Of a stretch of DNA of 56,359 nt, positions 1 to 12,732 are shown piece after piece (within the stretch, counting starts at the first letter, position 1; each line of letters begins with the position of its first letter). Under the pieces are notes generated by a model. It made no database searches. It saw only the letters and a list, made by a program, of their open reading frames with translations, and was not told where the DNA came from. Origin of the DNA: Octopus bimaculoides (Eukaryota); assembly GCF_001194135.2 (NCBI RefSeq), contig NC_068982.1, positions 128,586,019-128,642,377 on the forward strand. Reading direction: 5' to 3'. The translations under genes were made by a program, and so were the position numbers.

Positions 1-413
1 TGTTGGGCTAGTTAGCCATTGTTTTATTATGTGGAGGTTATGTAATGAGTCATTGTGGAGGTTGAGGTTATGTAGTGAGTTATTGTGAATGTTATGTAAT
101 AGTCATTTACGTACGTTTCAATCTAGCCAATGGTTTGGCAGATCTCATCAGAATGTTGAGGAGTATGTTAAGAGTTCGTGGTGCGAGGGATGTAGGAGAA
201 GTGATTGGTGGGTATATTAATGTATATGGTGGTGTAATAATAGCGATAGGTAAAGAAAGCCTTACGTTTTAGTTGAAGTTGTGTTGGTCTTCCTGTAAGG
301 GGATGTAGGATGGATGCTATTTAAGCTCATTATTCCGGTTTTAATCAAATGCATCTCCACGTGCTTGGATGCTTCAGACTACCCCTGAAGGATTGAGGCA
401 AGCCTATCATTTA

Positions 414-457
<44 letters not shown>

Positions 458-474
458 TACACGACAGGCTCTCT

Positions 475-800
475 CGTGTGTGTGGAGGACGCATGGTTTA
501 GTGGTTAGGGTGTTGCACTCACGATCGAGAGATAGAGGTTTCACTTTCTGAACCAGTCGGTACGTAGCGTTCATCGCACGTTACGCTGCAATTACTTCAG
601 CGCCTGTTCAGGCAATGTCGATTTGATGGAATGACTGAGCTAATGTACAGCACATTGGTCACAATAACCAAATCATTTCTACAGGTTGTTCAACAAGAAA
701 TCGCGAAACCATCTTTCGCAGAGTGAGCCTATGCGCGTGTGTTGTTTCTCACCCCGCTCTTCCAACCGGTGCTGGTTTGTTTATGCTATTGTAACCAAAC
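475..800 (+). mobile_element. tRNA-derived SINE fragment
   Basis: A-box-like tggtttagtggttag head followed by sequence shared with other SINE copies in the window (gagctaatgtacagcacatt also at about 36951). Confidence 0.6.
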
Positions 801-839
801 TGTTTGGCAAAGAGTCCGACGGAATGATTAAAGGGTAAA

Positions 840-1151
840 GACTCCCTTATGTCATGAATGACCATAGGATTGCACCTAAAAAATTCCCCTCCGAGGCACG
901 CGTCCGCGCAAGGTTGTTTATGGAAGACCAGAAGTCGCCCATTCATACCAGCCTCCTTCTCCACACCACCGATGTTAACCAAGGGAAAGGCAAAGGCCGA
1001 TACAGCTTGGCACCAGTGATGTTGTAACTCATTTCTACAGCTGAGTGAATTGGAGCAACGTGAAATAAAGTGTCTTGTTCAAGAACACAACATGCAACCC
1101 GGTCTGGAAATGGTACTCACTACCTCATGACGCTTTAACCACTGAGTCATG
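840..1151 (-). mobile_element. SINE, same family as 24775-25099
   Basis: About 300 nt alignable with 24775-25099; ends in taaccactgagtcatgc, the reverse complement of a tRNA-like head. Confidence 0.75.
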
Positions 1152-1583
1152 CAAAAATAATAATAAATAAAGCAATGAGGTCGTTTTGTGTCACTAAACC
1201 CTTCAAGGTGGTGCGTCAGCGTAGTCACGACCTGAATGACTGACGTATTTAAAGATAAAAGAGAAATTGACCGAATGTAGATCGAAATTTTTGGACAACA
1301 CAGTCGATGTAGTTTGGGATAGATCAATTAATGAAAGCATATTGTAGATTAACAAGAATAGCCATTTTATCTTTAAACAACAGCTGTAAAAATTAGAAAC
1401 CCTGGAAGATTTTTTTTAAATGGTGCAGCCTAACGTTCTAAGAACATTTTCGATTTTATTTCATACAAGTCTAAAAATATTGCAGTCAGCCATTTTACTG
1501 GAGTTCACTAAGATCGTTCCAAAGAGTTACCTCCCTTTGACTGTTTTTTTCGGACAAATGCGAGGTTGACTTTAGAAATAATA

Positions 1584-1909
1584 TACGCACCTTCTCGACT
1601 TACGATCAATGCAACTTACGACCATCCGTACTTAGAACCACAAAAAATAAGTAAAGAAAAAATCGAATTTCGGACGTTGGGCAGCTGTGCGTAAGATAAC
1701 TATGGCAGCATCTGAGATCTTTCTGAATGAAAACTCAAGCCTCCCTCAGACCCAAGCATCCACTGCCAGCCACTATCTCTCACTCAGTCGCTTTCAAGCA
1801 TCATTTGCGTTTCAATGAATATAGCGTTGAAAAATATAAATCCGACATACGACCTGATCGACTTACGACCTGTCAGTCGGAACAGAACTAGGTCGTAAGT
1901 CGAAGTGTA
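1584..1909. mobile_element. Tc1/pogo-like MITE
   Basis: Terminal inverted repeats tacgcaccttctcgacttacga ... tcgtaagtcgaagtgta with TA ends, and internal repeats of gacttacgac. Confidence 0.7.
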
Positions 1910-3514
1910 TTTCGCATTCTCTGTGAAACAACATCGTGTTCGCCTTTAGCGATCTATTCCAAAAATAAATCCCTGAATCTGATTTATTATATATTTTATT
2001 CATTCCTAAATATAAGTTGGCGTGTGTGTTTTGTGTTTGCGAATAATATCCTCTCTGTGCATATACATATACAATATAGAACACTGTTTTTTAATATTAG
2101 CTTTAAACTGCATAATTAATCTAATACATTGTGAAATATTATTTTTTCCTTTTTTTAAACCTAACAAATATCCTGTCTCATTTTCCCAATATTTCATTGC
2201 AGTCGTAAGCTATATGCTTTGCAAAACAACATATGGCAGTGTATAGAGCAAGGGAGAGCACTCTATAGAAAAGGGTTATGATAATTATATGTAAGGGAGG
2301 TAATACGATAGTACAAACTATAATGTCAAAAAAGATACGAGATGATGCGTGTCGTAGGGGTATAATTAACAAAATAATATTTTTAAAATATTTCCTGATC
2401 GATAAATGATTAAATATTTCAAACATGGTATTCGTATTAGTGTGTTAAAATTAACAAACTAGATTGATTGATCGAACAATTAATCAAATAATCGTAAGTT
2501 CACTTGGTTAAATGTTAATAATAATCATACAAGTAAATAGAACCATTGCGTGTGGTTATTATTGTCAAAATGCCTCTCCCGAGATACAACAAAATGTGAT
2601 TCAATACAAAAGTTTACATCAAGATTCGGGCAAACCAAATATAACAACAAAGTATTTTATATCGTTACATTTAAGCAGTGCTATTGTTTCAGTTATACAA
2701 ATGAGGTTGCGCGTTCAAGGAAAACCTGATATATTTATGATTTGAAAATCATACGGATTGTAGAGCACCAATGAAATAATGACAATAAAAACTTCGACAA
2801 TGTAGGGGAGTCTATAAGACAATGTAGAAGTAATATCAAGCTGGAAAAGATTTGTTGAACATTATAATACAGTAATTTTAAAATATAAATGGCATTCTAT
2901 AGAATTTTTTTTTAATGGCTTATAAAGTTAAAAAAGTAATAGCAAAACAAAAAAAAATACAGAACTACATCCATGACTTCAGGGAACATTTTATCACAGA
3001 ATTATTGAGGCATGGAATAAACTACATGTATCTGTTGTTAACTGTCAGGACACTGCATCCTTAAAAACTTACATGCTTCCCAAGCTTCACCAAAACTACT
3101 CCTGACATGCCTAAGCACCTTTTTTTTTTTTACTCCTTTAATGTTTGCTTTTCTATCTTCTTGAGTTTTATTCTGTGTACAGTGTATGTATTTCTGAATA
3201 ATTGTAATGAGACACAGCATGTGACCAGTGCTGTTTGACCTACCTTCACAAAACTGTTAACTTCATTATGGCAGGTGTCATTGTAGAGAGACAAACTTCA
3301 GTATGAGTGAAAACAAAAAATACAAAGTGAAGAAGGATGAAATCAAGGGATGCTTCCGTATGAAGCTAAGTAACCAGCATGAAACTCTGGAAGTGGGAGA
3401 ACTGAGGTAATAGGAAGAGAAGTGAGGCATCTGTGAATACCTATATGGAGAAAACATGCCATGACACAGCAAAGGAAGCAGAAGGGTATAAAAATAATAA
3501 AATAAATGCGCCTT

Positions 3515-3746
3515 TTTAAAGCCTAGCCAGGCTCATGGGCCCGGTTTCAATGGTGTATGTGTTCCCCAGCTGGACGGGACGCCAGTCCATTGCAGCGTTA
3601 CTCATTTTTACCAGGTGATAAGAATGGAGCAATGTAAAATGAAGTGTTTTGCTCAAGAACACAACGCGTCGCCCGGTCCAGGAATCGAAACCACAATCTT
3701 ACAATCATGGTGCTGACACCCTAACCACTAAGCCACATGCCTCCAC
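3515..3746 (-). mobile_element. tRNA-derived SINE
   Basis: Contains ttgctcaagaacacaac...ggaatcgaaacc...taaccactaagccac, the reversed A/B-box head. Confidence 0.7.
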
Positions 3747-3799
3747 TGAAGGGTATAAGGAAAGGGAAAAAAAGCCCTAGATTATTCAGGAAGCTTGTC

Positions 3800-5290
3800 T
3801 AATTATTCATTAGAGGAAGAATGTACATCTTAAGATCAACAGGACTAGGTCAGAGAGATTGAACCAGGTATACTTGAAGGTATTTAGAGAGAAGAATAGA
3901 AAAGTTAGGAGTCAGATTCAAAAAGACAAGAAAATGTGGCTAGAGAATATTGCACAAGAGGTTCGAGAAGCAATATATGAGGACCCTGTATGGATTTACT
4001 TGGGTCCTAAGCAATGAAAGGCCAAGATACAGTGCCACAGTGAAAACTGCAGGAAGTGGCAGGGCATCATTCTGCTTGTGAGTAAGGTTCTGAACCAGAT
4101 ACTCATTGTTAGGGTCAAGACAGAGTTTAACAGCTGATTTAAGAAGGAATAGGCTGGATAAAGGACAAGAAGTGGCACCACAAAACAAATCTCCCTACTA
4201 AGCAATATCATCAAGCAATCATATGAATGGTGAACTTCTTTATACATCAACTTCATTGACTTCAAAAGTACCTTTGACTTAATACACAAAGAAAGTCTTT
4301 GGATTATAATGAAGTCACACAACATCACAGATACCACTGGAGTGGTGAAAGCTTTGTAATTGCTTTGAGTGTGTGGTCATTGATAAGGGTGAAACCAGAG
4401 ACTGGCCTAAAATCAAACAGGTGCACTATATATGGCTTTCTGTTCCTGTTCATCATCAACTGGATCATGAGGTGAATGGTGGGAAATGGAGAGAATGGCA
4501 GCAGGTTGAAATTCACCTCAAAGCTTGACTTTGCTGATGATATCACATTGTTGTCATCAATAAAGCAATAAACTCAGCGAAAGATAGAGGACAGACAAGG
4601 CACAGGCCTGAAGTGGAACATTGGAAAGATTCTGAGAATGAATATCAACAATGCAGACAGCATCACAATGAATGGCGAGACAATGGATGAGGTCAAGTCT
4701 GAATACATAATATCTGAGAGCCTCTGTCTCTAATATTGGATGTCATACCATGAACCTGGAAAACAGACTGGCCAAAGCTCAAGCCATGTTCAGTTGTCTC
4801 AAGAGCAACTGGAGCTTCAATAGCATCACTTATAACGCTAAAATGAAACTACAAATATTTGGTAACGACATTTCTGATGAATTGCTTTGAAGCTGACAAA
4901 GGGAGACAACAGGAAGCTAGACATCTTCCAGAAGAGATGTCTAAGGCAGATACTTAAGTTACAGTGGAAAGATCACACAAAGAATTAGACCAAGCTCAAA
5001 AGAATTGAGAGGATATTATGAGCAGCAAACTACAAAGAAGATAGAAGTACATTGACCACTCTTTGAGGAAAGATCCTTATAACAATTGTATGATAGCCAT
5101 GGAATGGGCATCTGATAGAAGAAGGAAGCACAGAAGACCCAAGAACACCTGCAGAAAAAGTGCTGAAAAAGAGAGGAAGACCAGTGGATGGGGAATGTGG
5201 GACCAGCTATGAACCAGAGCCATCAACAGGGTAGCTTGGAGGGAGAGAGTAAAAACCATATGTGCCACCTGGGCAAGAAATGGAAAGAAC
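3800..5290 (+). mobile_element. Decayed non-LTR retrotransposon (RTE-like reverse transcriptase)
   Basis: Fragments translate to LYINFIDFKSTFDLIHKESLWIIMKSH and LDFADDITLLSS, with many stops and frameshifts. Confidence 0.8.
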
Positions 5291-5588
5291 AGTAGAAGTC
5301 ACTTACCAAAAGAGGTGAAAGGTTGAGATTCAACATAGAACCATGTGGCTGTGATATAGACTTGTTTACCATTCACAAACACACACACATACAGTCAAGC
5401 AAGTAAAAAGTCAAACAGATAAAAACAAAGTTGATATAGATATGTTCTGCCAATTCTGTTCAAATTTTGACAGCACAATAAAACTGGTAAGAATAAACTT
5501 TCAGTGGTGCCTCAATAGGCCAACAAATGACTGAATGCATGTGTGGAATCCTATCACACTACATTAATTAATACAATTTGGTATTGTC

Positions 5589-5664
5589 TCAGCTAGTACC
5601 AATTCTGTTGTTCTTAAGTAACAAAATTAGAGACTTCATGTTTATACCCTCTGAGCAACCAAAC
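5589..5664 (-). CDS. Possible terminal exon (would truncate the last Ig domain)
   Basis: Acceptor ...atgcacag|G completes the Trp codon and gives (W)FGCSEGINMKSLILLLKNNRIGTS*. It is not Ig-like and I see no clear polyA signal nearby. Confidence 0.2.
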
Positions 5665-5939
5665 CTGTGCATAATGTTTACACTAGGATTTATAGTTATC
5701 TCATGTAGCAATCAGCTTCAAATGTATTTATGATACTATTCAATGATAAAATAATTCATGAAACAATATTATTTAGGTGTAATTCTTTTTTTTTTATCAA
5801 TTCAACAGAATAAAAATCCAACATTAAAACTGGCTTCAATCATTATTAAGCTAGACAGTTTCCAAAGTAACATAGTGATCATACACATAAAATGCATTGA
5901 TTGTAATTAATCTATTTAGAGGAAAACAAAATTACTTAC

Positions 5940-6057
5940 CAAGTGATTGATGGCTCTGGTTTACCAGTAATAATATACTTTAGGTGAACAGAAGAACCTT
6001 CATAGCCGCACATATTCACCAATGGTTCTACAATCTCTGGAGCACATTCTGGCATTT
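5940..6057 (-). CDS. Post-kinase I-set Ig domain, first half
   Basis: Acceptor tttatgtttatag, donor GTAAGT, 118 nt, phase 1-2. EMPECAPEIVEPLVNMCGYEGSSVHLKYIITGKPEPSIT(W). Confidence 0.92.
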
Positions 6058-6199
6058 CTATAAACATAAAATTTCATTGATGTTGTTTTGATCCACATAA
6101 TGATTATTTCTAATTTAGAAACAAGGTCAGTAGTTTTGAGGTGGGGGGGACTTAGTCAATTGGTCACTTTAAAATATTCTGGTTGACATGTGTTGCATC

Positions 6200-7510
6200 T
6201 TGGGGTGAAGACTAAAATCATAGCTGCTGAAGTCATAGTGTTGATTAAAGCACTCAAATGTGGCAAGGCCATTGGAGAGGATGGAATTTAGCTTGAGATG
6301 TTAAAGAAGGTATTCACTGACTGATTCAAGTATGTCAGGTGACTTGAAATTCTGGAGAGACACCAAAGCAATGGTAATCTAGAGTGTTTGGAAAAGAGAT
6401 GTAAGAAAATTGCTGAAGAACATCCTGGATGCAGCACAACTACCTAAATATTCACTCTTTGACAGGTCTTCAAGAAATTGTGTGAAGAAATTGTGCCAAG
6501 AGGCATATGCTTGCTTTGTAAACTTCAACAATACATATGACCATACACCATGAGACATTCTGTGGAAGGCTTTGCAGGAGTTTAGGATTAGTGGGCAACT
6601 TCTAGTTGCCCAGATGTTTATGTTTGGGTAAATGGTGCTATATTGATACCCTTCAATGTGGGTGTTGGACATTGGTAGGGGTGTATAGTGTCACTTCTCC
6701 TTTCCATAATTTTTATAAATTGAATTGACACGCAGAGCCATTGCAGAAGTGGTATCGCAATTGGTAGGTGAAGGAATAGTTGGCTGATATTTGCAGATGA
6801 CAAGGTACTACATGGTTCATCAGAAGGTGATCTCAAACATGCACTGAATGGGTTCACTGCTGAGTGCTGCAAAACATGGATGAGAATTAGTGTTGCAAAG
6901 ACTGAGACATCGGTCCTCTTAAGTAACTCATCCTAATATACTCTGCACATTAACGGAACATCACTCAGGGCCATATTCACAAATGCTCGAAGGCAAGAGG
7001 CTGAATTAGATGCTAGAATTGTAGGTTTTGGGACAGTAATATGCAAGTTCCAGCATTCAATCCTTAGAGGAGGAGAGGTTGGTAAAAAAAAGCCAAACTT
7101 GCCATCTTCAGTTTGATTTTGGGCCTATCCTCACTTATGGTCATGAAAGCTGGGTAATGAATGAAAGAGTAGAATTGTGAATACAAGTGGAGATCAGGCA
7201 GTCTCTCCAGCTCAAGCTGCTACTTCTCTGCATTGAAAGGTCACAGCTCCTACTATAGGCATATGATTAGAATGTCCCCAGAAAGAAGAATCACAAGATG
7301 GATTCTTCAAGCTGAACCAGCTGGTAGGAGAGGTAGGAGCAGACCCAGAACAAAATGATTGGATAATATCTGTAGTCTCAGTTGGTCATGCTTGATATTC
7401 CAGCTGGAGAGTCTAATAACAGTTGCTTCCTATGGGACCCTATGGAGGAGGTGCTTAAGGACTCAACACCAACAACCTGCCCACCACCACAAATAGTGGA
7501 CAGAAATGAT
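6200..7510 (+). mobile_element. Decayed RTE-clade LINE (Rex3/Expander-like RT)
   Basis: FADDKVLHGSSEGDLKHALNGFTAECCKTWMRISVAKTE at about 6791-6905; ILTYGHESWVM at about 7125. Confidence 0.8.
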
Positions 7511-7869
7511 GGATGGAATTAGTTGATAACATTGACCCCTGTACTTGACTGGTACTTTATGTAATCACCCATCCAGAGGGATGAAGAGCAAAGTTGATCT
7601 CAGCAGAATTTGAACTTAGAACATATATAACCAGAAGAAATACAGCAATGTATTTTTCCCCACACTCTGATAATTCTGCCAGCTTACAATTGACATATGA
7701 AGAAAATGAATGAAGAAAATACAGGTCAAGGTTTTGAGAAGAAATACTTATGATTGTATATCTGCATACTTGTCTTTATTAAATTTATATTAGAAAATTA
7801 GAATCCTGGTTTTAAAAAAATAATAAGCAAATATTTTTGATCACAGTATTCATCTAAATCCACACAGTA

Positions 7870-7915
<46 letters not shown>

Positions 7916-7923
7916 CATATATA

Positions 7924-8312
7924 TAGCAGCTGTCTGGCTTCCATGCCAGTGGCACATAAATAGCACCATTTGAGCATGATCGTTACCAGCGTTGCTTTAC
8001 TGGCACATGAAAGAACATTCGAGCAAGGTCGTTGCCAGTGCTGCTGGACTGGCTCCTGTGCAGGTGGCACGTAAAAAAAACACCATTTTGAGCGTAGCCG
8101 TTGCCAGTACCGCCTAACTGGCCCTCGTGCTGGTGGCACGTAAAAGCACCCACTACACTCTCGGAGTGGTTGGCGTTAGGAAGGGCATCCAGCTGTAGAA
8201 ACTCTACCAGATCAGATCGGAGCCTGGTGCAGCCTTCCTCAGTCAAATCGTCCAACCCATGCTAGCATGGAAGGCAGACGTTAAACGATGATGATGATGA
8301 TGATGATGATGA
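7924..8312 (+). mobile_element. SINE or LINE 3' end with tandem ggcacgtaaaagcacc subunits and (GAT)n tail
   Basis: Aligns over nearly its whole length with about 39680-40092 and ends in a (gat)n tail. Confidence 0.8.
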
Positions 8313-8444
8313 TATGTCACTGGGTAATGAATTGATTTTAGAAATATTAAAAAAAATTATGAGGTAAATATCTTGAAATTGTTATCAATAAAGATAATAA
8401 AATCTACTAAAGCAGTACAATGTTTGTCTTAAAGTTTATCTTAC

Positions 8445-8547
8445 CCATAACTAATTCTCTTGGCAAAACACCAAAGTCACCCTCACGCCTGAAGATGGCA
8501 CTTTCATGTGCAAGACATCCAATGGGAAGAAGATCAAAATCTTTGTC
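8445..8547 (-). CDS. C-terminal regulatory tail exon 2
   Basis: Acceptor ctttcacaccaatttcag, donor GTAAGA, 103 nt, phase 0-1. DKDFDLLPIGCLAHESAIFRREGDFGVLPRELVM, reminiscent of the IGRIxxxSS segment of the twitchin tail. Confidence 0.85.
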
Positions 8548-9182
8548 CTGAAATTGGTGTGAAAGAAAAAGAACTGTGTAATCATTTATAATGAATTATA
8601 ATGTGCTTAACATAATTAATTAGTTGAATATTAACCCTTGATTTTAGTGAGGAGGGGTTGCATCAGTAATTCTCAGCAGAATGCATCCATATGTATATAC
8701 ATAAGTGTATTTCTTTTTCTTCCCCTCTTCTCTAATGTACTGTCTAGTAGCGTCCCAACCTCCAACAGCTTTTTCAAATAAATTACATAACATCCTTCTC
8801 CAACTACAGTTCTCATATTCGGTTAAAATGTCTTACGTTTAAGCTGGTTCCCATGCATTTCCCTAAAGAGAAGATTACATTCTTATCAACATCACCTATT
8901 CCTATGGAAGGTATAATTTGTAATCTTCGAAACATATGTTGGAAATAAAAGTATGCAGTTAACATATGCGTTTTACTCCATTTACTANNNNNNNNNNNNN
9001 NNNNNNNNNNNNNNNNNNNNNNNNNNNNNNNNNNNNNNNNNNNNNNNNNNNNNNNNNNNNNNNNNNNNNNNNNNNNNNNNNNNNNNNNNNNNNNNNNNNN
9101 NNNNNNNNNNNNNNNNNNNNNNNNNNNNNNNNNNNNNNNNNNNNNNNNNNNNNNNNNNNNNNATATATATATATATACACAC

Positions 9183-9214
<32 letters not shown>

Positions 9215-9239
9215 GCTTTTTTTAAGTATCCACTTGTTA

Positions 9240-10189
9240 CAAGGTCTTTAGAAATGATTCCAAGAGCAATCCAAAGTTTCTTGCTGGCCTCAACTGCTTG
9301 ATTGAAGTTAACCCATTCACATCCATGACAGCTCTTGCAAAGAAATGTAATGTTCCCTTTCCATTGTGTCCAGAGCTGTGAACAGGAACCTTGGCATGAC
9401 CAGTTATGTTCAATGATACCATCACTTCTAAACAGCCAAAGCCAAAGCAATCAGAACCAAGAGATTCCCAAAGCTTCTGTCAAGCATCAAAGTGCAGGAA
9501 AAACTCTCATGTTTGTGAACAAGAAGAAGTTCACTTCGGATGCTGAGATGATCACAAAAATTCTTGAGTGATTGCATACTACCCTTTTGATGTCCCCCTA
9601 TGTTTGAGACAAAGAATCCTGCCTCTATGATGGTATTTAGAGCCATGGCAAATGATGAAAATGCTATGGATCCACACTTCATTGAGTCTGCCTTGAAGAT
9701 TGGTACAAAGGAATATCTGAACATCCTGAAAAACTCTCTGTTACCTTGGATGGAGTAGAAGTTTAGGCTTGACAATGTGGTGCTTATCCATGATACTGCA
9801 CTGTGCCATGGGTCAAAAGTAATGTAGGTCTTCCTTAGTGAGAAGGTGCCATTTTTGTGAGGGTTAACATGTGGTCCAGGAATAGCCCAGATCTCAACCT
9901 TTTTGGTTACTTTTTAAGCAAGGAACAAAGTTTCTCCACACTTGAGTGTCAACATTGTGTGAGGAACACACAAAATCAAAAAGGCAGAGGCTGTGGCAGC
10001 TGCAACAAATACTGGTCTTGTGTGGAGGCAGTAATTGCCCAAAAGGGCAGCCATATTGTGTGATAAATGTCTTTGTTGTAATAAATATTACATTAAAATT
10101 ATAACTGTCTACTATCATTATTTTAGTATTCATAACAAGTTTTATGCATCATAAAAATTGTCTCAATTTATCTGCAAGGCCCTGTGTAT
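9240..10189 (+). mobile_element. Decayed Tc1/mariner transposase
   Basis: KNPASMMVF, DPHFIESALKIGTKEYLNILK and WSRNSPDLN fragments; the 5' end abuts an N-gap. Confidence 0.75.
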
Positions 10190-10299
10190 ATATAAATAGA
10201 GAGAGGGTAATTCAAATAGTTCAGAAGGATATCATACACACTGATTGGTGTAACATCGTCATTTTCATGTGCTACAGAAGTAAAGGAGATGCACTAAAG

Positions 10300-10730
10300 A
10301 GAAGAAACTAGGAGCCATTAAACTGTTGGAGCAAATTACAAAGGTTACTGAAGGAGTTATAACAAAGATGTACTATTGATGCCATCTTCCTGCTAAGACA
10401 GCTATAAGAGGAGTATCTAGCCAGGAAGAAGTCCCAATACTTGGCATTTGTTAAACTTAAAGAGGCCTTTGATATCATTCCTTGCTCTGTAAGCTGAGGA
10501 GGCTTGGAATAGATGAAGAGCTGAACAGTTTATGTAGAGAGGTACAATCAGCAAGGTGAGTGCTTGTAAAAGGTATAGTAATGAATTCAGCATGAAAGTG
10601 GTGGGTGCACCAGAGCTCAATTTTCATCCTCCTTCAATTCATTATAGTTCACCAAGCTATTACAGAGGATTTTAAAGCTGGCTGCGCATGGAGACTCCTT
10701 TATGCTGATGAGCTTCATCCTCTAGATAAA
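10300..10730 (+). mobile_element. RTE LINE reverse-transcriptase fragment
   Basis: LAFVKLKEAFDII and HQSSIFILLQFIIVHQAITEDFKAGCAWRLLYADEL (YADD-like motif). Confidence 0.75.
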
Positions 10731-11167
10731 TTTGTAATAGAATTATTAATAAAAATTCCAGACATGGAAGCAAAATCTACAATCAAGAAACTTCAAAATG
10801 AATTTAGCAAAAGCTAAGAATTGATATGTAGGCAAGAAGACAAGCTCTTAATTCCACCAGCAAAATGCTATTTTGATATGTAGAAGAGGAGGGAGTAATA
10901 ATTCTATACCTCTGGATTGTGGTCACAGTAGGGTACCATAGTGAAAGGTTTAGTCAAACAAATCTTATTTTAAGTCAGAAACTTATTCTGTTGGGTTCTT
11001 TTGTGATGTAAGAGTTGAAAAGTATACAAAAAGATATTGTACGAAGTGCAAACGTTATCTGATGTAAATCTCAATATGTTATGTACTTTGGATATTATAA
11101 ATTATACTACTCTACCAACAAGATTATAGAATCATTTCCCCAGTGTAAACCAATGGTCTCATGAGTA

Positions 11168-11360
11168 ATGATACCTCCACACACACATACACATTTATAT
11201 AACATACATATATGTATACATATATACATACATATGTACATATATACATACATACATACATACATATGTACGTACAGACATACATACATATGTACACGTG
11301 TACATACATACATACATATGTACACGTGTACATACATACATACATACATACATACATAAT
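11168..11360. repeat. Complex (TACA)n/(TA)n microsatellite
   Basis: Visible tandem tacatacata units. Confidence 0.95.
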
Positions 11361-11557
11361 ATATGCAAGTGTATTTGGATTTGTGTGTTTTCAAATAATA
11401 AATAATATGGAGATTCATATATAGATGCATCTACACACATACACATATGCACTTATATGGTACTTTTAAAATATAACTTTTTACAAAACTACTTTAATGA
11501 TTACTTTCAAAATCTCTTCACATGTCAAAAAAGAAAATTCAAAAAATATGTAATTAC

Positions 11558-11638
11558 TTTATTTCTGGTTCTTTCTAAGTATTCTTTGTGATTTTCTGTT
11601 GGTAGTTCAGTTTTCTTTGTAATTTGTTCATATCCACT
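11558..11638 (-). CDS. C-terminal regulatory tail exon 1
   Basis: Long poly-T acceptor ...ttcttattcag, donor GTAATT, 81 nt, phase 0-0. SGYEQITKKTELPTENHKEYLERTRNK. Confidence 0.8.
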
Positions 11639-11854
11639 CTGAATAAGAAAAAAAAAAAATAAAATTCAAGAATTTACATGTCAAATTGTGATATGTTTTT
11701 GCATCAGTGTTCATCTTGATATTTTGCTTTATCTCATTTGTAGTTTATGTTAATTAATCTGTTAATTTAATAAACTTTTTTCCAACTATATCTCCTCTGC
11801 TGCAAAATAACCTGTTTATGTGTCTCTAACATACTGTAATCTTTCAACATCTGG

Positions 11855-12732
11855 TATGTGAGCTGGTCTCAAAAAATTCCTGGACTAATTCTGCAGTGCA
11901 CCAACAGATGGCAGCACATGGTTGTGTACACAATGAAGGCTAACAGTGATCATTGTGAGGTATTGTGCCAAGTGACATTACTGTGTTTACTTCACAAGTT
12001 GTGAAATTTGTGTTTTTGTGATCACATGTATGCTGTAGTCTGCAATTTTTGTCATAGACAGGAAGTTGGAACAAAGAGCCAACACGAAATTTTGTGATAA
12101 ACTTGTGAAGTCTGTAACAGAGACATTCAGTATCCTTTGGCAAGCTTACAGTGGTGAGGCAATGGGTCATACAGAATGTTTTGAGTGGCACTTCAAAAGT
12201 GGAAGAATCTCCCTGGAAGACAATAAGCAATCTGGAAGACAATGAGCAATCTGGAAAACTTACCACAAGCATCACCCCAGAAATGTGGTATTGAGCATTG
12301 AGAATTTGTCCCCCAGGGCCAGACTATCAATCAAAAGTTCTACTGCAATGTTTTGAAGTGTCTGAGGGAAGACATTCGGCAAAAGCAACCAGATCTGTGA
12401 AGCATGAAGAATTGAATTCTTCACAACGACAATACACCCTGTCACTGAGCTCTCTTCACTCATGAGTTTCTCGCCAACAACAACATGGTGTCACTTCCGC
12501 ACCAACCCTATTTACCAGATTTAGCACCTGTGGACTTCCAACTCTTCCCCTGGATGAAAATGCAGCTCAAAGGTTGCTGTTTTAACACTGTTGTTAAAGT
12601 CCAGAGCAAATCGTAGAAGGTCCTCGACTTGCTTAAGGAAAACAACAGATTCCAAAGGTGACAGGAATACTGAGACCAGTGTATTGCTATGCAAGGTGAC
12701 TATTTCGATGGAGATGATGTTAAAACTTAGGC
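11855..12732 (+). mobile_element. Internally deleted mariner element
   Basis: EQRANTKFC...FKSGRISLED (HTH region), GQTINQKFYCNVL, LHNDNTPCH and PYLPDLAPVDFQLF; degenerate TIRs (ctcaaaaaattcctggact / agtctgggaaccttttga). Confidence 0.85.

Noticed and set aside
1-410. Possible Penelope-like terminal fragment (ctgaagga motif near 386)
   Set aside because: Truncated by a (TA)n run, with no GAAA/stem III or protein motif visible, so too weak to call.
475-545. tRNA-like A/B-box sequences at SINE heads
   Set aside because: No complete cloverleaf; they continue into SINE bodies, so they are not tRNA genes.
2190-2220. Plus-strand acceptor followed two bases later by GTAAG
   Set aside because: No plus-strand gene context; consistent with chance.
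8813-9450. ORF-track entries spanning N-gaps (also about 25010-25645, 30318-31314 and 36268-36628)
   Set aside because: They are open only because of runs of N and flanking microsatellites.
11107-11452. ORFs such as MYVCMYVC / HTYIHTYI (also about 16791-17169, 29062-29346 and 32259-32654)
   Set aside because: These are translations of simple repeats.
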